Of a stretch of DNA of 64,000 bases, positions 1 through 10,017 are shown in pieces. A program made the translations under genes and the position numbers. Numbering within the stretch: the first letter of the stretch is position 1; each line of letters begins with the position of its first letter. The notes beneath the pieces are model-generated. The model had not been told where the DNA came from, made no database searches, and saw only the letters and a list, made by a program, of their open reading frames with translations. The DNA is from an uncultured Porphyromonas sp. (GTDB lineage Bacteria; Bacteroidota; Bacteroidia; Bacteroidales; Porphyromonadaceae): contig NZ_UQJH01000003.1 in assembly GCF_900541275.1 (NCBI RefSeq), forward strand, positions 47,955 through 111,954, read 5' to 3'.

Positions 1-8
1 TATGTTGC

Positions 9-803
9 TTGGCCATTATAACGTCAAACTCGTGGGTTGTATTCGGTCAAAAACGTTACAAGGCGCTCTACGAATACGCGGAACGAAATGCCACGACCGG
101 CAAAGTCACTAACGATATCATACGTCTTAATTCTGAGAAAGGCTACTTCTCCTGTGTCAGTGAGAATACCTACCAAAAGAAGTTAGTACAGGACTCCCTC
201 CTCCACACCGGACTTGATCCCTACACCATCGTCGCCATGACACGAGATATGGCGAGAGGACAGAGGACACGTATCTTCACCGACCTCGCAAGCAATACCA
301 GGACGGTATACGAGTATCCCATGACACAGATCCACTACGAGGAGCCTCTTCCCACTGTGACATGGGAGCTGTCAGACGAGGTGAAGGAGGTCAATGGCAT
401 CCCCTCCAAGCAGGCGAGGGGCAAGCTCTACGGACGCGAGTGGATCGTCTCCTATGCGACGGATGTCCCTCTACCTGTGGGACCGTGGAAGCTCACCGGT
501 CTGCCCGGTCTGGTGACAGAGGCGGTCACGACCGACAGTCTCTTCCACTTCACGCTCATCTCCTTTGCCCTCACCCCCGATGACGAGCGTCCTATCATAC
601 CCTCACCCTTGACCGCCTCATCACCATCCAAGAAACAGTTGAAGAAGGAGGTCCTCCACGCCCTACATCAGTGCGCCACCAACAACCGAGCCTGGCTCAA
701 GAAGCTCTACCCCGTGTCCAGCCAGCCTGAAGAGACCCCGGAGGACCTCCGGCGGATGGCACTCGCCCGCAAGTCGTACCAGTATATCGAGCGAGCAGAG
801 TGA
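9..803 (+). CDS. GLPGLI family protein (possibly 5'-truncated by window edge)
   Basis: Contains a 'TGLPGLV' motif typical of the Bacteroidota GLPGLI family (TIGR01200). No signal peptide is visible at the N-terminus, so the start may lie upstream of the window. The stop overlaps the start of the next gene (ATGA). Confidence 0.6.
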   Translation: MAIITSNSWVVFGQKRYKALYEYAERNATTGKVTNDIIRLNSEKGYFSCVSENTYQKKLVQDSLLHTGLDPYTIVAMTRDMARGQRTRIFTDLASNTRTVYEYPMTQIHYEEPLPTVTWELSDEVKEVNGIPSKQARGKLYGREWIVSYATDVPLPVGPWKLTGLPGLVTEAVTTDSLFHFTLISFALTPDDERPIIPSPLTASSPSKKQLKKEVLHALHQCATNNRAWLKKLYPVSSQPEETPEDLRRMALARKSYQYIERAE

Positions 804-3367
804 TCCGGAGGCATCTCCTTTTTCTTCTTCTCCTTCCCCTCACGCTGACCATTGCCACCGCTGAGGAGTGGTGTGGAGTGGTCAGGGACGCCGAGACCGG
901 CGAGGGGATATCGACGGTCCAGATCCTTCTGCTCCGTGGTGAGAGCAAGGTGATCCGTCAGACGATCAGCCTGGAGGACGGCACTTTCTGTCTCGCTCTC
1001 CCCGACTCCAAGTCCGACCTCACGGTCCGCGCCGCACTGATCGGCTACCGGACGGAGGTGGTTCGCTTAGACACCCTCCTCATGAGAGAAGGAAAAGAGA
1101 TCCTGCTCCACCGGCAGGACTTCAAGCTCCCCGAGGTGCAAGTGCGGGCGAAAGCCATCGAACAGCATGGCGACACGGTCAGCTACCGTACCTCCGCCTT
1201 TGCACAAGCGATGGACACTAAGCTGGAGGATGTGCTGACGCGGCTCCCTGATGTCTCTGTCTCCTCCGGCGGTATGATCTCCTACAAGGGACGAAGTATC
1301 AATCGCTTCTACATAGAGAACCTTGACCTCCTCGGCAGTCGATACACCCTTGCCTCGCGTAACATCCGACCTGAGGATGTCGCCTCCGTACAGATCTACG
1401 AGCACCACGAGCCGATCAGGCTGCTCAGGGAGCAGAGCCGATCCGACCGCGCTGCACTTAATGTGAAGCTCAAGGAGTCTGCCAAGAAAAGGTGGCTCAG
1501 GGACCTAAGCGGTGCTGTCGGCGGCTGGCCGCCGATCGGCAAGGTGAGCGGTTCGCTCATGAACTTCCAGCCCCGGCGGCAGACCATCCTCGTCGCCAAG
1601 GGAGACAATACCGGCAACGACATCATCTTCGAGACCCGAGTACAAAACATCGGCATGGGGGTGGTCTTCAACCCCTACGAACTCTCCGGAGGACCGGAGA
1701 ACCTCTTTGCGGAGCGAAAGATCTACAGCACCTTCTTCGGACGCGATCGAAGGCGCGACAATCAGACCGCCTTCCTCTCCCTCAATCATCTCATCGCCCT
1801 GTCCGACAGAGAAACCCTTCGGATCAATCTCAACGGATTCCACGACCGAAACCGACTCAGAGAGGAGCGGGAGAGCCACTACTACGACCCTGCGCTCGGA
1901 TCGATCGACCTCCGAGAGACCACCGACTATCTCTCGAAGCGCAGTGCAACGGAGAATGAGCTTACCTATGAGCAGAATGGGGAGGAGCTCTATCTCAAGG
2001 ACATCCTCTCCGTCCGCTACCACCACCTCACCACCGAGGACAACGCTGCCGTCAATGGTCGGCCTCGCACCATTGATATGCTCCTCCCCTCCCTCCGGCT
2101 CTCCAATTCGCTCACTGCGAAGAAGCTCCTCGGCGGGCATCTCTATACCGCCGCCCTCGGCATAGGGTACAGCAGCCGTCCTCAGGAGATGACCCTCGCA
2201 GGAGAGACTCCCTATCGGCTGCAGTCCGATGACCTCACTGCCACACTCGCTCTGGAGGGCACCTTTTCCATAGGTCAACATCAGCTCTCCCCACAGATCA
2301 GAGGCGGCCTGGAGAGCTATGAGCTTAGGATCGGGGAGCAAGAACAGGATCCCCGTAAGGTCCACAGTAAGGAGCTGACCTCCGACCTTTCTGTAGAGTA
2401 TCGATACCAGAGTAATGGACTGGAACTGAGGCTCACACCTGCCCTTAGTGCAAGACTGCAAGATCTCCCCGGAGGGAGACAGCAACACCTCCTCCCCGGC
2501 GTCAGTTCCTCGATCAGGTATGACTGGATGGGCGGGAGGACACTACTCATCTACAGCTTCAGCACAAGCCGACCGGAGCTAACATCCTACTTCCCGCACA
2601 TGATCCGCGTCGGTCTGACAGACTACCGGGAGGGAATCACGGACCAAGGGGTGACACGCTCGCACAACCTACTGCTCCGACAGGAGGGGACAGCGCCGTG
2701 GGATCTCTCCTATGTGCTCACCGGTCGAGGAGGGCACGTGACCGCACCGAGGATCTATAGTCTCTCTGTCAGGGAGGGCAAGAGGATCCGCTCCTACCTC
2801 CCACTCGCCCACAGCGCCCTCTCCGGCGGTCTCTCTGCGGAGCTCTCCAAGTACTTCTCTGGACCGATGATCACACTCAAGGGGACGGTAGGCTGGGACA
2901 GCTCCAAGGGCGACACCTACCAGCAGGGACTCATGATCCCCTATCGTGGGTCTGACCTCTCGTATGGGGCATCCCTGAACTGGATGGGAAGCACGCTGAT
3001 GACCCTCGAGTATGGCATCGAGAGCGACCGATCCCGAGTCCACATCGGGGATAGGGCGACAGACCTCATCACCCGGAGTCTGGAGCAGACCCTGCGAGGT
3101 ACCCTACTCCTCTGCGCACACTGGGGAGTATCCGCCGACCTCCAGCACCGCTACAGCAGTTCGCCCCTATATGACCCGATCAACCAAGTCTTCCTCGACG
3201 GCAAGATCTACTACACGAGGGACAAGCTCCGTCTCCAGATCGACCTCACCAACCTAACCAACGTCCGCTCAGAGTACTACCGCCGGACCGACGGTATCAA
3301 TAGCAGCAGCCGGCGTACCACCCTCCGCGGTCGGGAGGTGCTTCTTACTCTTACCCTCAAGCGGTAG
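800..3367 (+). CDS. TonB-dependent-receptor-like outer membrane protein with N-terminal CarbopepD_reg domain
   Basis: Signal peptide, a carboxypeptidase-regulatory-like beta-sandwich (VVRDAETGEGISTVQILLL...) and a plug-like segment (LEDVLTRLPDVSVSSGGMISYKGRS). This is the classic partner of GLPGLI proteins. Confidence 0.7.
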   Translation: MIRRHLLFLLLLPLTLTIATAEEWCGVVRDAETGEGISTVQILLLRGESKVIRQTISLEDGTFCLALPDSKSDLTVRAALIGYRTEVVRLDTLLMREGKEILLHRQDFKLPEVQVRAKAIEQHGDTVSYRTSAFAQAMDTKLEDVLTRLPDVSVSSGGMISYKGRSINRFYIENLDLLGSRYTLASRNIRPEDVASVQIYEHHEPIRLLREQSRSDRAALNVKLKESAKKRWLRDLSGAVGGWPPIGKVSGSLMNFQPRRQTILVAKGDNTGNDIIFETRVQNIGMGVVFNPYELSGGPENLFAERKIYSTFFGRDRRRDNQTAFLSLNHLIALSDRETLRINLNGFHDRNRLREERESHYYDPALGSIDLRETTDYLSKRSATENELTYEQNGEELYLKDILSVRYHHLTTEDNAAVNGRPRTIDMLLPSLRLSNSLTAKKLLGGHLYTAALGIGYSSRPQEMTLAGETPYRLQSDDLTATLALEGTFSIGQHQLSPQIRGGLESYELRIGEQEQDPRKVHSKELTSDLSVEYRYQSNGLELRLTPALSARLQDLPGGRQQHLLPGVSSSIRYDWMGGRTLLIYSFSTSRPELTSYFPHMIRVGLTDYREGITDQGVTRSHNLLLRQEGTAPWDLSYVLTGRGGHVTAPRIYSLSVREGKRIRSYLPLAHSALSGGLSAELSKYFSGPMITLKGTVGWDSSKGDTYQQGLMIPYRGSDLSYGASLNWMGSTLMTLEYGIESDRSRVHIGDRATDLITRSLEQTLRGTLLLCAHWGVSADLQHRYSSSPLYDPINQVFLDGKIYYTRDKLRLQIDLTNLTNVRSEYYRRTDGINSSSRRTTLRGREVLLTLTLKR

Positions 3368-3445
3368 GCCCCGAGCCCTTGCCACCGTCCCTCTCCAAGC
3401 CAATTATTCCAAGAGCAGTTTTTTCTCACGACTTCAGGGTCATAA

Positions 3446-3505
3446 CTAATAGCGGTAATAGAGAAATCTATTACCGCTATTGGTCACGCTTATTACCGGT
3501 AATAG
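3446..3505. repeat. Phased palindrome array, variant A: three 16-bp units (CTAATAGCGGTAATAG / CTATTACCGCTATTGG / CTATTACCGGTAATAG) centred 22 bp apart
   Basis: Read directly from the sequence. Unit centres fall at 3453.5, 3475.5 and 3497.5. Confidence 0.8.
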
Positions 3506-3573
3506 AAATAGCCCAGAAGGTGTGAGGTAACTTCCCTGTGAATCTCAGTCGCATACGGATGATGCTTTTTTAG

Positions 3574-3581
3574 TAGATTTG
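3574..3581 (+). promoter_or_regulatory. Candidate Bacteroidota -7 box (TAGATTTG) for ffh
   Basis: Matches TAnnTTTG and lies 66 bp upstream of the ffh ATG. Confidence 0.3.
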
Positions 3582-3646
3582 CAGGGTTATGGGCGGGCCG
3601 ATGGCTCGCAATCGATAATAGCTTGTACTTGTAGTAGCACCATCAT

Positions 3647-4999
3647 ATGTTTGAAAGTCTATCGGACCGACTTCTTGAGTCCTTTAAGAACCTTAAGGGA
3701 GAGGGATCCATCACCGAACTTAATGTCGCTGACACCGTCAAGGACATACGTAAGGCCTTGCTGGAGGCGGACGTCAATTACACCGTCGCCTCCGACTTTA
3801 CGAAGAGCGTCCTCGACAAGGCGGTGGGCGAAAAGGTGGTCTCCTCCATCAAGCCGGGACAGAAGCTGGTCCAGATCGTCCACGATGAGCTGACGCGCTG
3901 TATGGGCGGCACCGAGGTGGAGCTGAGGACCGACGCGGACCCCAATATCATCCTGATGTCGGGTCTGCAGGGCTCAGGTAAGACCACCTTTGCCGGCAAG
4001 CTCGCCAATATGCTGCACAAGAAGAAGGGGCTGAAGCCTCTCCTTGTCGCCGGGGATGTCTATCGACCGGCTGCCATCGAGCAGCTCAAGGTGATCGCTG
4101 CTCAGATCGGCATACCGGTCTACAGCGAGGAGGGCAATCAGGATCCGGTGGCGATCGCTGAGCGGGCGCTTGCCTTTGCGAAGATGAATGGTCGCGACAC
4201 GATCATCATCGATACCGCCGGGCGCCTCGCCGTGGATGACGTGCTGATGACCGAGATCGCCAATATCAAGACAGCGGTCAGACCGACACAGATCCTCTTC
4301 GTCGTCGACTCAATGACGGGACAGGATGCGGTGAATACGGCCAAGGAATTCAATGACCGGCTCGACTTCGACGGCGTAGTCCTGACGAAGCTGGATGGTG
4401 ATACCCGAGGCGGTGCTGCTCTCTCGATCCGGACTGTGGTCGACAAGCCTATCCTCTTCATCGGTACGGGAGAGAAGATGGAGGCAATCGACGTCTTTTA
4501 CCCCACCCGTATGGCGGACCGCATCCTCGGGATGGGCGATGTCGTCTCCCTCGTGGAGCGGATGGAGCAGCAGTACGATGAGAAGAAGGCTGCCCAGCTG
4601 GAGAGCAAGATCAGGAAGAATAAGTTTGACTTCGACGACTTCCTCGAGCAGATCCAGCAGATCAAGAAGATGGGCAACCTCAAGGATCTCTTAGCCATGA
4701 TCCCCGGTGTCGGCAGTGCGATCAAGGACTTAGACGTAGACGACAGCGCCTTCAGCGGCATCGAGGCTATTATCCGCTCGATGACGCCCGAGGAGCGCGC
4801 CAATCCTGACATCATCAACGCTGAGCGGCGGAAGCGTATCGCTGCAGGTAGCGGGAAGGACATACAGGAGGTGAATCGCCTGATCAAGCAATTTAACTCC
4901 GCCAAGAAGATGATGAAGAAGATGAGCAGCCTCGGTCTCAATGGCAAGGGCGCTCCCTCTATGGCTCAGATGCGACAGCAGATGAGAGGCGGCAGATGA
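3647..4999 (+). CDS. ffh: Signal recognition particle protein Ffh
   Basis: N-terminal MFESLSDRL...NVADTVKDIRKALLEADV, the GLQGSGKTT P-loop and a Met-rich C-terminal M domain. Confidence 0.95.
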   Translation: MFESLSDRLLESFKNLKGEGSITELNVADTVKDIRKALLEADVNYTVASDFTKSVLDKAVGEKVVSSIKPGQKLVQIVHDELTRCMGGTEVELRTDADPNIILMSGLQGSGKTTFAGKLANMLHKKKGLKPLLVAGDVYRPAAIEQLKVIAAQIGIPVYSEEGNQDPVAIAERALAFAKMNGRDTIIIDTAGRLAVDDVLMTEIANIKTAVRPTQILFVVDSMTGQDAVNTAKEFNDRLDFDGVVLTKLDGDTRGGAALSIRTVVDKPILFIGTGEKMEAIDVFYPTRMADRILGMGDVVSLVERMEQQYDEKKAAQLESKIRKNKFDFDDFLEQIQQIKKMGNLKDLLAMIPGVGSAIKDLDVDDSAFSGIEAIIRSMTPEERANPDIINAERRKRIAAGSGKDIQEVNRLIKQFNSAKKMMKKMSSLGLNGKGAPSMAQMRQQMRGGR

Positions 5000-5035
5000 A
5001 ATAATCACTTTTTACCAAAATAGTCACACAACATT

Positions 5036-5935
5036 ATGGAAACACCCTACACACTGCTCGATGGCAAGGAGATCAATCGGCAGATGAGAGAGGAGATCAA
5101 GGCGGAGGTGGAGAAGATGGTCGCTGAGGGACACAAGTCTCCCCGACTGATCGCTGTACTCGTCGGCCACGATGGTGGCAGCGAGACCTACGTACACAAT
5201 AAGATGATCACCTGCGAGGCGTGCGGGATCCGTAGCGAGACCCTGCGCTTCGAGGCGGAAATCACGGAGGAGGAGCTGCTCAAGGAGGTCGCTAAGCTCA
5301 ATGCGGACAATGACCTTGACGGCTTCATCGTCCAGCTCCCATTGCCTAAGCATATCGATGCGCAGAAGGTGATCGAGGCGATCGACCCGAGGAAGGACGT
5401 GGACGGCTTCCACCCGACCAACGTCGGCAAGCTCTCCATCGGACTGCCGGGCTTTGTCTCCGCCACCCCCTTCGGCATCTGCGAGCTGCTGAGGCGGTAC
5501 AACATCAGCACAGACGGCAAGCACGTAGTGGTGCTGGGGCGGAGCGACATCGTCGGAAAGCCGGTGGCACAGCTGCTGCTCCATAAGGACAATCCCGGCA
5601 ATGCGACCGTCACGGTCTGCCACAGCCACACGAAGGACATCGCCTTCTACACCCGTCACGCCGACGTGATCATCGCCGCACTGGGTCAGCCCCACTTCGT
5701 CAAGGCCGATATGGTCAAGGAGGGTGCTGTCGTGATCGACGTAGGTACGACCCGTGTACCGGACGCCTCGAGAGCGAAGGGCTTCCGTCTCTGCGGTGAC
5801 GTGGACTTCGACAACGTCGCACCGAAGTGCTCCTACATTACTCCCGTGCCGGGAGGTGTGGGCCCGATGACGATCATCGCACTGCTTCACAATACCCTCC
5901 TCGCCGCCCGGCGCAATAGGGGTCTCGAGAAGTAA
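5036..5935 (+). CDS. folD: Bifunctional methylenetetrahydrofolate dehydrogenase/cyclohydrolase FolD
   Basis: Full-length match to the FolD pattern ([20 protein letters not shown]..., [18 protein letters not shown]). Confidence 0.9.
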   Translation: METPYTLLDGKEINRQMREEIKAEVEKMVAEGHKSPRLIAVLVGHDGGSETYVHNKMITCEACGIRSETLRFEAEITEEELLKEVAKLNADNDLDGFIVQLPLPKHIDAQKVIEAIDPRKDVDGFHPTNVGKLSIGLPGFVSATPFGICELLRRYNISTDGKHVVVLGRSDIVGKPVAQLLLHKDNPGNATVTVCHSHTKDIAFYTRHADVIIAALGQPHFVKADMVKEGAVVIDVGTTRVPDASRAKGFRLCGDVDFDNVAPKCSYITPVPGGVGPMTIIALLHNTLLAARRNRGLEK

Positions 5936-6076
5936 GTCCCGACCTACCCTTCCGCCGAGGGAAGGAACACATGTAATGCACGCATAGGAGAGAGAGGGAT
6001 GACCGAGGTAATGCGGGAGACTCCCCATCAGCCGTCGGTCATCCTCTCCTTGTCACACGCCAGTCTATCAGATGAT

Positions 6077-8152
6077 ATGAAGAAGGTACATCGCACCACC
6101 GCTCTCTGGACGTTCGTCGCCATCCTTGCTACGGCGGCGATCTTGGCACTGTGCTACCCGGGCGGGCAGTCACACTTCAAGTACAAGTATGCGGTCAATC
6201 AGCCCTGGCGCTACCAAGACGTGCTGATAGCGCCGTACGACTTCGAGGTGCGGAAGAGTCCGGAGGCGGTACAGCAGGAGCAGGCCTACATAGAGGCACA
6301 CAAGGATCTCTACTTCTCCTACAATAGGGAGGTGTACAGGCAGCAGAAGGATCAGCTACTCGAGGCCTATCACGATGCCAAGCTGCCCCGGGTGATCATG
6401 GAGCACAGTAGCTACGTTGCCTATTTGCTGAGGGAGCTGGAACACTTCTACGACCTCGGTATGGTCGATCCGACGGAGGTGGAGCAGCTCACGGACTCCG
6501 CCCAGGTCTTTGTGATCGGCAAGGACAATGTGGCTCGGGAGCGCCAGCTCTCCGATCTGATCACCACGGCGGAGGCCTACGACTCGATTATAGCTAACGC
6601 ACCCAAGGGACTCGACAGCCTCATGCTGCGTCAGGCCGACCTGACGGCGCTCCTGATGCCCAATGTGATCTACGACACCGACCAGACGAGCCGTATGGCG
6701 GACGCCCGCATCGCCTCGATCAATGAGGTGGTGGGAGTGGTCTTCAAGGGGACGAAGATCGTCGGACTCGGCGAGATGGTCACCCCGGAGATCTATCAGA
6801 AGCTCAAGGGGTACGAGGCGGCCTACAACGAGTACGCTCGCAGCACGTCAGACTTAGCGATCATCCGGCTGGGGTTGCTGGCGCTGATCGCCGGCACGCT
6901 GCTGGGACTCTTCTTCTACCTCCGGATAGCCCGTCCAGACCTTATGATCGAGCGACGCAATAGGCTCTTCCTGCTCCTACAGGTGCTGCTATTCCCCGCC
7001 GCCTCCTACCTACTTGCTCCGATCTCACCGATGGTGGTATATGTGATCCCCTACTGTATGGTGCTGATCCTGACACGCGTGGTGATGGATGGGCGCACCG
7101 CCCTCGTGACCTTTATCACGACCGTGCTCCTCACCACCCTCGTGGTACCTGATGCCTCCCTCTTCCTCCTACTCCAGGTGATCAGCGGGGCGGTAGTGCT
7201 GGCGACGCTGTCCGATATTTCTCAGAGACGAGACCTGATCTACTCCGCGGTGTGGGTGCCCTTTGTCCAGATCGCCGTCTACACCGCCTACACGCTCGCC
7301 ATGGAGGGGACGCTGGCAGGCTTTGACATCAATCTGGTGTGGTACTTTGCGATCGGCTTTATCTTCCTGATGTTCTCCTATCCACTCCTCTATATGGTGG
7401 AGAAAGTCTTTGGCTACATCACACCGATCAGTCTCGTGGAGCTGGGCGACATCAACAAGCCGCTCCTCAAGAGGGAGAGCGAAGTGGCACCGGGGACCTT
7501 CCAGCACGTGCTTAATGTCTCGATCCTCAGCACCGCTGCGATCTCCAAGATCGGCGGCAACGTGCAGCTGACCCGCACCGGCGCGCTCTACCACGACATC
7601 GGGAAGATGAAAAACCCGATCTACTTCACGGAGAACCAGGGCGGAGAGAATAATCCACACTTTAAGCTCCGCCCCGAGGAGAGTGCGAAGATCATCATCA
7701 GCCACGTCACGGACGGGGTAGAGATGGCTCGCAACGCGAAGCTCCCCGAGCAGATCATAGACTTTATCCGCACCCACCATGGTCTCGGTATGACGAAGTA
7801 CTTCTACATCCAGTACTGCAATGAGCACCCTGGGGAGGTGGTAGACGAGAGTATGTTCCGCTACCCGGGGCCCAACCCCTGGACCCGTGAGCAAGGCGTG
7901 ATGATGCTGGCGGACCAGGTGGAGGCCTCGTCCCGCAGCCTCAAGGAGATGAATGAGGAGATCCTTACCAATCACATCGACAAGATCGTCGATGGCATAG
8001 TCAGTGGCGGTTACCTGCGAAATACGCCGCTGACGCTTAAGGACATCGAGATGATCAAGCAGGTATTCCTCGACAAGCTCCGGACGATGAACCACTCTCG
8101 GATCAAGTACCCGGAGCTGAATAAGGAGGCTAAGGCAGCTCAAGCCAAGTGA
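6077..8152 (+). CDS. 7TM-receptor/HD-domain phosphohydrolase (7TMR-HD, PgpH-like)
   Basis: Multi-pass membrane region followed by an HD/HDIG domain (ALYHDIGKMKNP, IRTHHGLGM). The ORF track starts at 5999 and I preferred the in-frame MKK start at 6077. Confidence 0.75.
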   Translation: MKKVHRTTALWTFVAILATAAILALCYPGGQSHFKYKYAVNQPWRYQDVLIAPYDFEVRKSPEAVQQEQAYIEAHKDLYFSYNREVYRQQKDQLLEAYHDAKLPRVIMEHSSYVAYLLRELEHFYDLGMVDPTEVEQLTDSAQVFVIGKDNVARERQLSDLITTAEAYDSIIANAPKGLDSLMLRQADLTALLMPNVIYDTDQTSRMADARIASINEVVGVVFKGTKIVGLGEMVTPEIYQKLKGYEAAYNEYARSTSDLAIIRLGLLALIAGTLLGLFFYLRIARPDLMIERRNRLFLLLQVLLFPAASYLLAPISPMVVYVIPYCMVLILTRVVMDGRTALVTFITTVLLTTLVVPDASLFLLLQVISGAVVLATLSDISQRRDLIYSAVWVPFVQIAVYTAYTLAMEGTLAGFDINLVWYFAIGFIFLMFSYPLLYMVEKVFGYITPISLVELGDINKPLLKRESEVAPGTFQHVLNVSILSTAAISKIGGNVQLTRTGALYHDIGKMKNPIYFTENQGGENNPHFKLRPEESAKIIISHVTDGVEMARNAKLPEQIIDFIRTHHGLGMTKYFYIQYCNEHPGEVVDESMFRYPGPNPWTREQGVMMLADQVEASSRSLKEMNEEILTNHIDKIVDGIVSGGYLRNTPLTLKDIEMIKQVFLDKLRTMNHSRIKYPELNKEAKAAQAK

Positions 8153-8165
8153 GCCCCACTCTCCC

Positions 8166-8735
8166 TTGAAGATCAGTCCTGACATACCCGAGGAGGAGCT
8201 GGTAGAGCTCGCAAGACAGCAGGAGACCCAGGAGGAGGCCTTCCGCCTCATCGTCGACCGCTACTCGCCGATGCTCTACGCCGTGATCCGTCGTGTGCTC
8301 ATCACCCACGACGACACCAACGACGCCCTGCAGAATACGCTGATCAAGGTGTGGAAAAACCTTGCCCACTTCGAGGGTAAGTCCAGGCTCTCCACCTGGA
8401 TGTACACCATTGCACTCAATGAAGCTCGCTCGCTCCTGAGACGAAACCGTCCGGAGCGTCAGTTGCCCATAGAGACCGACACATACAGCCTCGCAGAGAC
8501 GCTGACCAGCGACCCTTACTTCGATGGCGACGAGGCGGAGATCCAGCTGATGGAGGCGATAGACAAGCTCCCGGAGAAGCAGAGGACGACCTTTGAGCTA
8601 CGTTACTTCGAGGAGCTACCCTATGCCGAGATCTCTGAGATCACCGGCACCAGCGTCGGGGCTCTCAAGGCGAATTACCACCACGCCACTCAGAAGCTCT
8701 ACAAGTACCTCGGTGTGGTGGAGGATGAGGATTAA
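8166..8735 (+). CDS. ECF-type RNA polymerase sigma factor
   Basis: Sigma-70 region 2 and region 4 signatures (FRLIVDRYSPMLYAVIRR..., WMYTIALNEA, ...LPEKQRTTFELRYFEELPYAEISEITGTSVGALK). Confidence 0.85.
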   Translation: MKISPDIPEEELVELARQQETQEEAFRLIVDRYSPMLYAVIRRVLITHDDTNDALQNTLIKVWKNLAHFEGKSRLSTWMYTIALNEARSLLRRNRPERQLPIETDTYSLAETLTSDPYFDGDEAEIQLMEAIDKLPEKQRTTFELRYFEELPYAEISEITGTSVGALKANYHHATQKLYKYLGVVEDED

Positions 8736-8812
8736 ACTTTTGCCACCACTGAGGATCCTATAATTGTACTGAGGTACGAGGAGATACCATTAGAATCGTC
8801 TTTCACACAAGT

Positions 8813-9226
8813 ATGAGCATCAAGAGAACTCCCCTGAGGAGCCGTAATATCATCAAGCCACTTGATCCCGCAAGGCACTTCTCCGTCCCCGATGGATACT
8901 TCGAGGGGCTGGCGGATCGTGTCAAGCAACGGATCGAGACGATAGAGCAGGTGGAGGAGCGGCTGAGTCACCACAAGCGGGGCGAAAGACGCAGATCCCG
9001 CAAGCGCCTCTATATAGCTGTCGCCTCGGTGGTAGCCGTGCTACTTGCCATCCCGCTGATCTACACCACCGGTGTCATGAAGGTTCATGATGAGGAGACG
9101 ACGCTCTCGGGGCGCAGTGACGACCTGGAGCGCTACGAGCAATACAGCGACCAAGACTACGAGGACTACCTCTCGGAGGACTTGGCGGACGACTATTACC
9201 TACACGTCACTTATAGCGGCCTCTGA
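8813..9226 (+). CDS. Putative anti-sigma factor (single-pass membrane protein)
   Basis: Sits immediately downstream of the ECF sigma gene. It has a charged N-terminus, one TM helix (LYIAVASVVAVLLAIPLIY) and an acidic C-terminus. Confidence 0.45.
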   Translation: MSIKRTPLRSRNIIKPLDPARHFSVPDGYFEGLADRVKQRIETIEQVEERLSHHKRGERRRSRKRLYIAVASVVAVLLAIPLIYTTGVMKVHDEETTLSGRSDDLERYEQYSDQDYEDYLSEDLADDYYLHVTYSGL

Positions 9227-9252
9227 CCTCATAGCCTACCCACATCATCCCT

Positions 9253-9738
9253 ATGAATAGACTAATTCTCACCCTGATATTCCTCTTTGTTCTCCTTCCC
9301 CTGTCGCTCGGAAAGGCTCACGGCAGTGGCATGGCGCAGCTGGCGCCACAGCCGATATCTGCCGGTACCGTGGCACAGACTCCTAAGGCAGAGCAGATAC
9401 GGAAGGAGTGCGTCGCCTATGTAACCCGGACCTGTAAGCTAACAGCAGACGAGGCTAAGGCTCTGGACACCGAGCTGGCGCGCTATGATCGCAAGAAGAT
9501 GATCCTCTGGAAAGAGCGAGCCGAGCTCCTCGACCTGCTCGAGGATGGGGACCTGAGCGACTACAAGTATGGGAAAACGCTTGAGAAGGTGCTCAATCTC
9601 GATGTTGAGCTGAAGAAGTGTCGCCTACGGCTCTACCTATCCCTCAAGCCCTACTTCCAGAATAAGAAGTTGGGCGAGATCTATATCGCCATCAAGGACT
9701 TCAAGCAAGACTTCTCCACGAAACAAGGGGAGCTATAA
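9253..9738 (+). CDS. Secreted/periplasmic hypothetical protein (third gene of ECF module)
   Basis: Signal peptide MNRLILTLIFLFVLLPLSLGKAHG followed by helical, charged repeats. Confidence 0.5.
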   Translation: MNRLILTLIFLFVLLPLSLGKAHGSGMAQLAPQPISAGTVAQTPKAEQIRKECVAYVTRTCKLTADEAKALDTELARYDRKKMILWKERAELLDLLEDGDLSDYKYGKTLEKVLNLDVELKKCRLRLYLSLKPYFQNKKLGEIYIAIKDFKQDFSTKQGEL

Positions 9739-9756
9739 TCTTCGCACCACCACTAA

Positions 9757-9807
9757 GCCCAGCCCGGCAGCCGGTTTGCTCCGATGCTGCCGGGCTGGGC
9801 TTTTTTT
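9757..9807 (+). terminator. Rho-independent terminator
   Basis: A GCCCAGCCCGGCAGC ... GCTGCCGGGCTGGGC stem followed by TTTTTTT. Confidence 0.8.
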
Positions 9808-9836
9808 CCACATACCTAAGCATTAAAATGAGAATG

Positions 9837-9995
9837 TTGCACGAAGTGCATTCTCGCACATTTGTTTCAAATGTGCTGAGACTTTGCACGAAGGATGAGA
9901 TGCAAGGCGCTGAGGATGAGGTCGAAGGGAGCGTACTCACGTACGTGACCGAGACCGAATTCCGAAAGCAACGCAGCAGATCGCCTTCGTGCAAC
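9837..9995. promoter_or_regulatory. rlmD leader with three TTGCACGAAG motifs (two direct, one inverted) and a 21-bp palindrome GCACATTTG-TTT-CAAATGTGC (9856-9876)
   Basis: Read directly from the sequence. The motifs sit at 9837-9846, 9884-9893 and, inverted, 9986-9995. Confidence 0.5.
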
Positions 9996-10009
9996 AGTCT
10001 CAAATTGCG

Positions 10010-10017
10010 TACATTTG
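10010..10017 (+). promoter_or_regulatory. Candidate -7 box (TACATTTG) for rlmD
   Basis: Matches TAnnTTTG and lies 65 bp upstream of the ATG at 10082. Confidence 0.3.

Noticed and set aside
5024-6028. Long antisense ORFs opposite well-supported genes. Examples are 5024-6028, 7169-8251, 13114-13785, 23725-24651, 30705-31838, 34872-35792, 40806-42230, 42582-43760 and 44048-44911.
   Set aside because: The window is ~58-60% GC, so stop-free antisense frames arise by chance. The sense strands carry unambiguous conserved proteins (FolD, HD-7TM, FtsH, S9 peptidase, GlyRS, DHOD-like, PFOR, DUF4143 ATPase). The antisense translations are Arg/Ser/Pro-rich low-complexity sequences.
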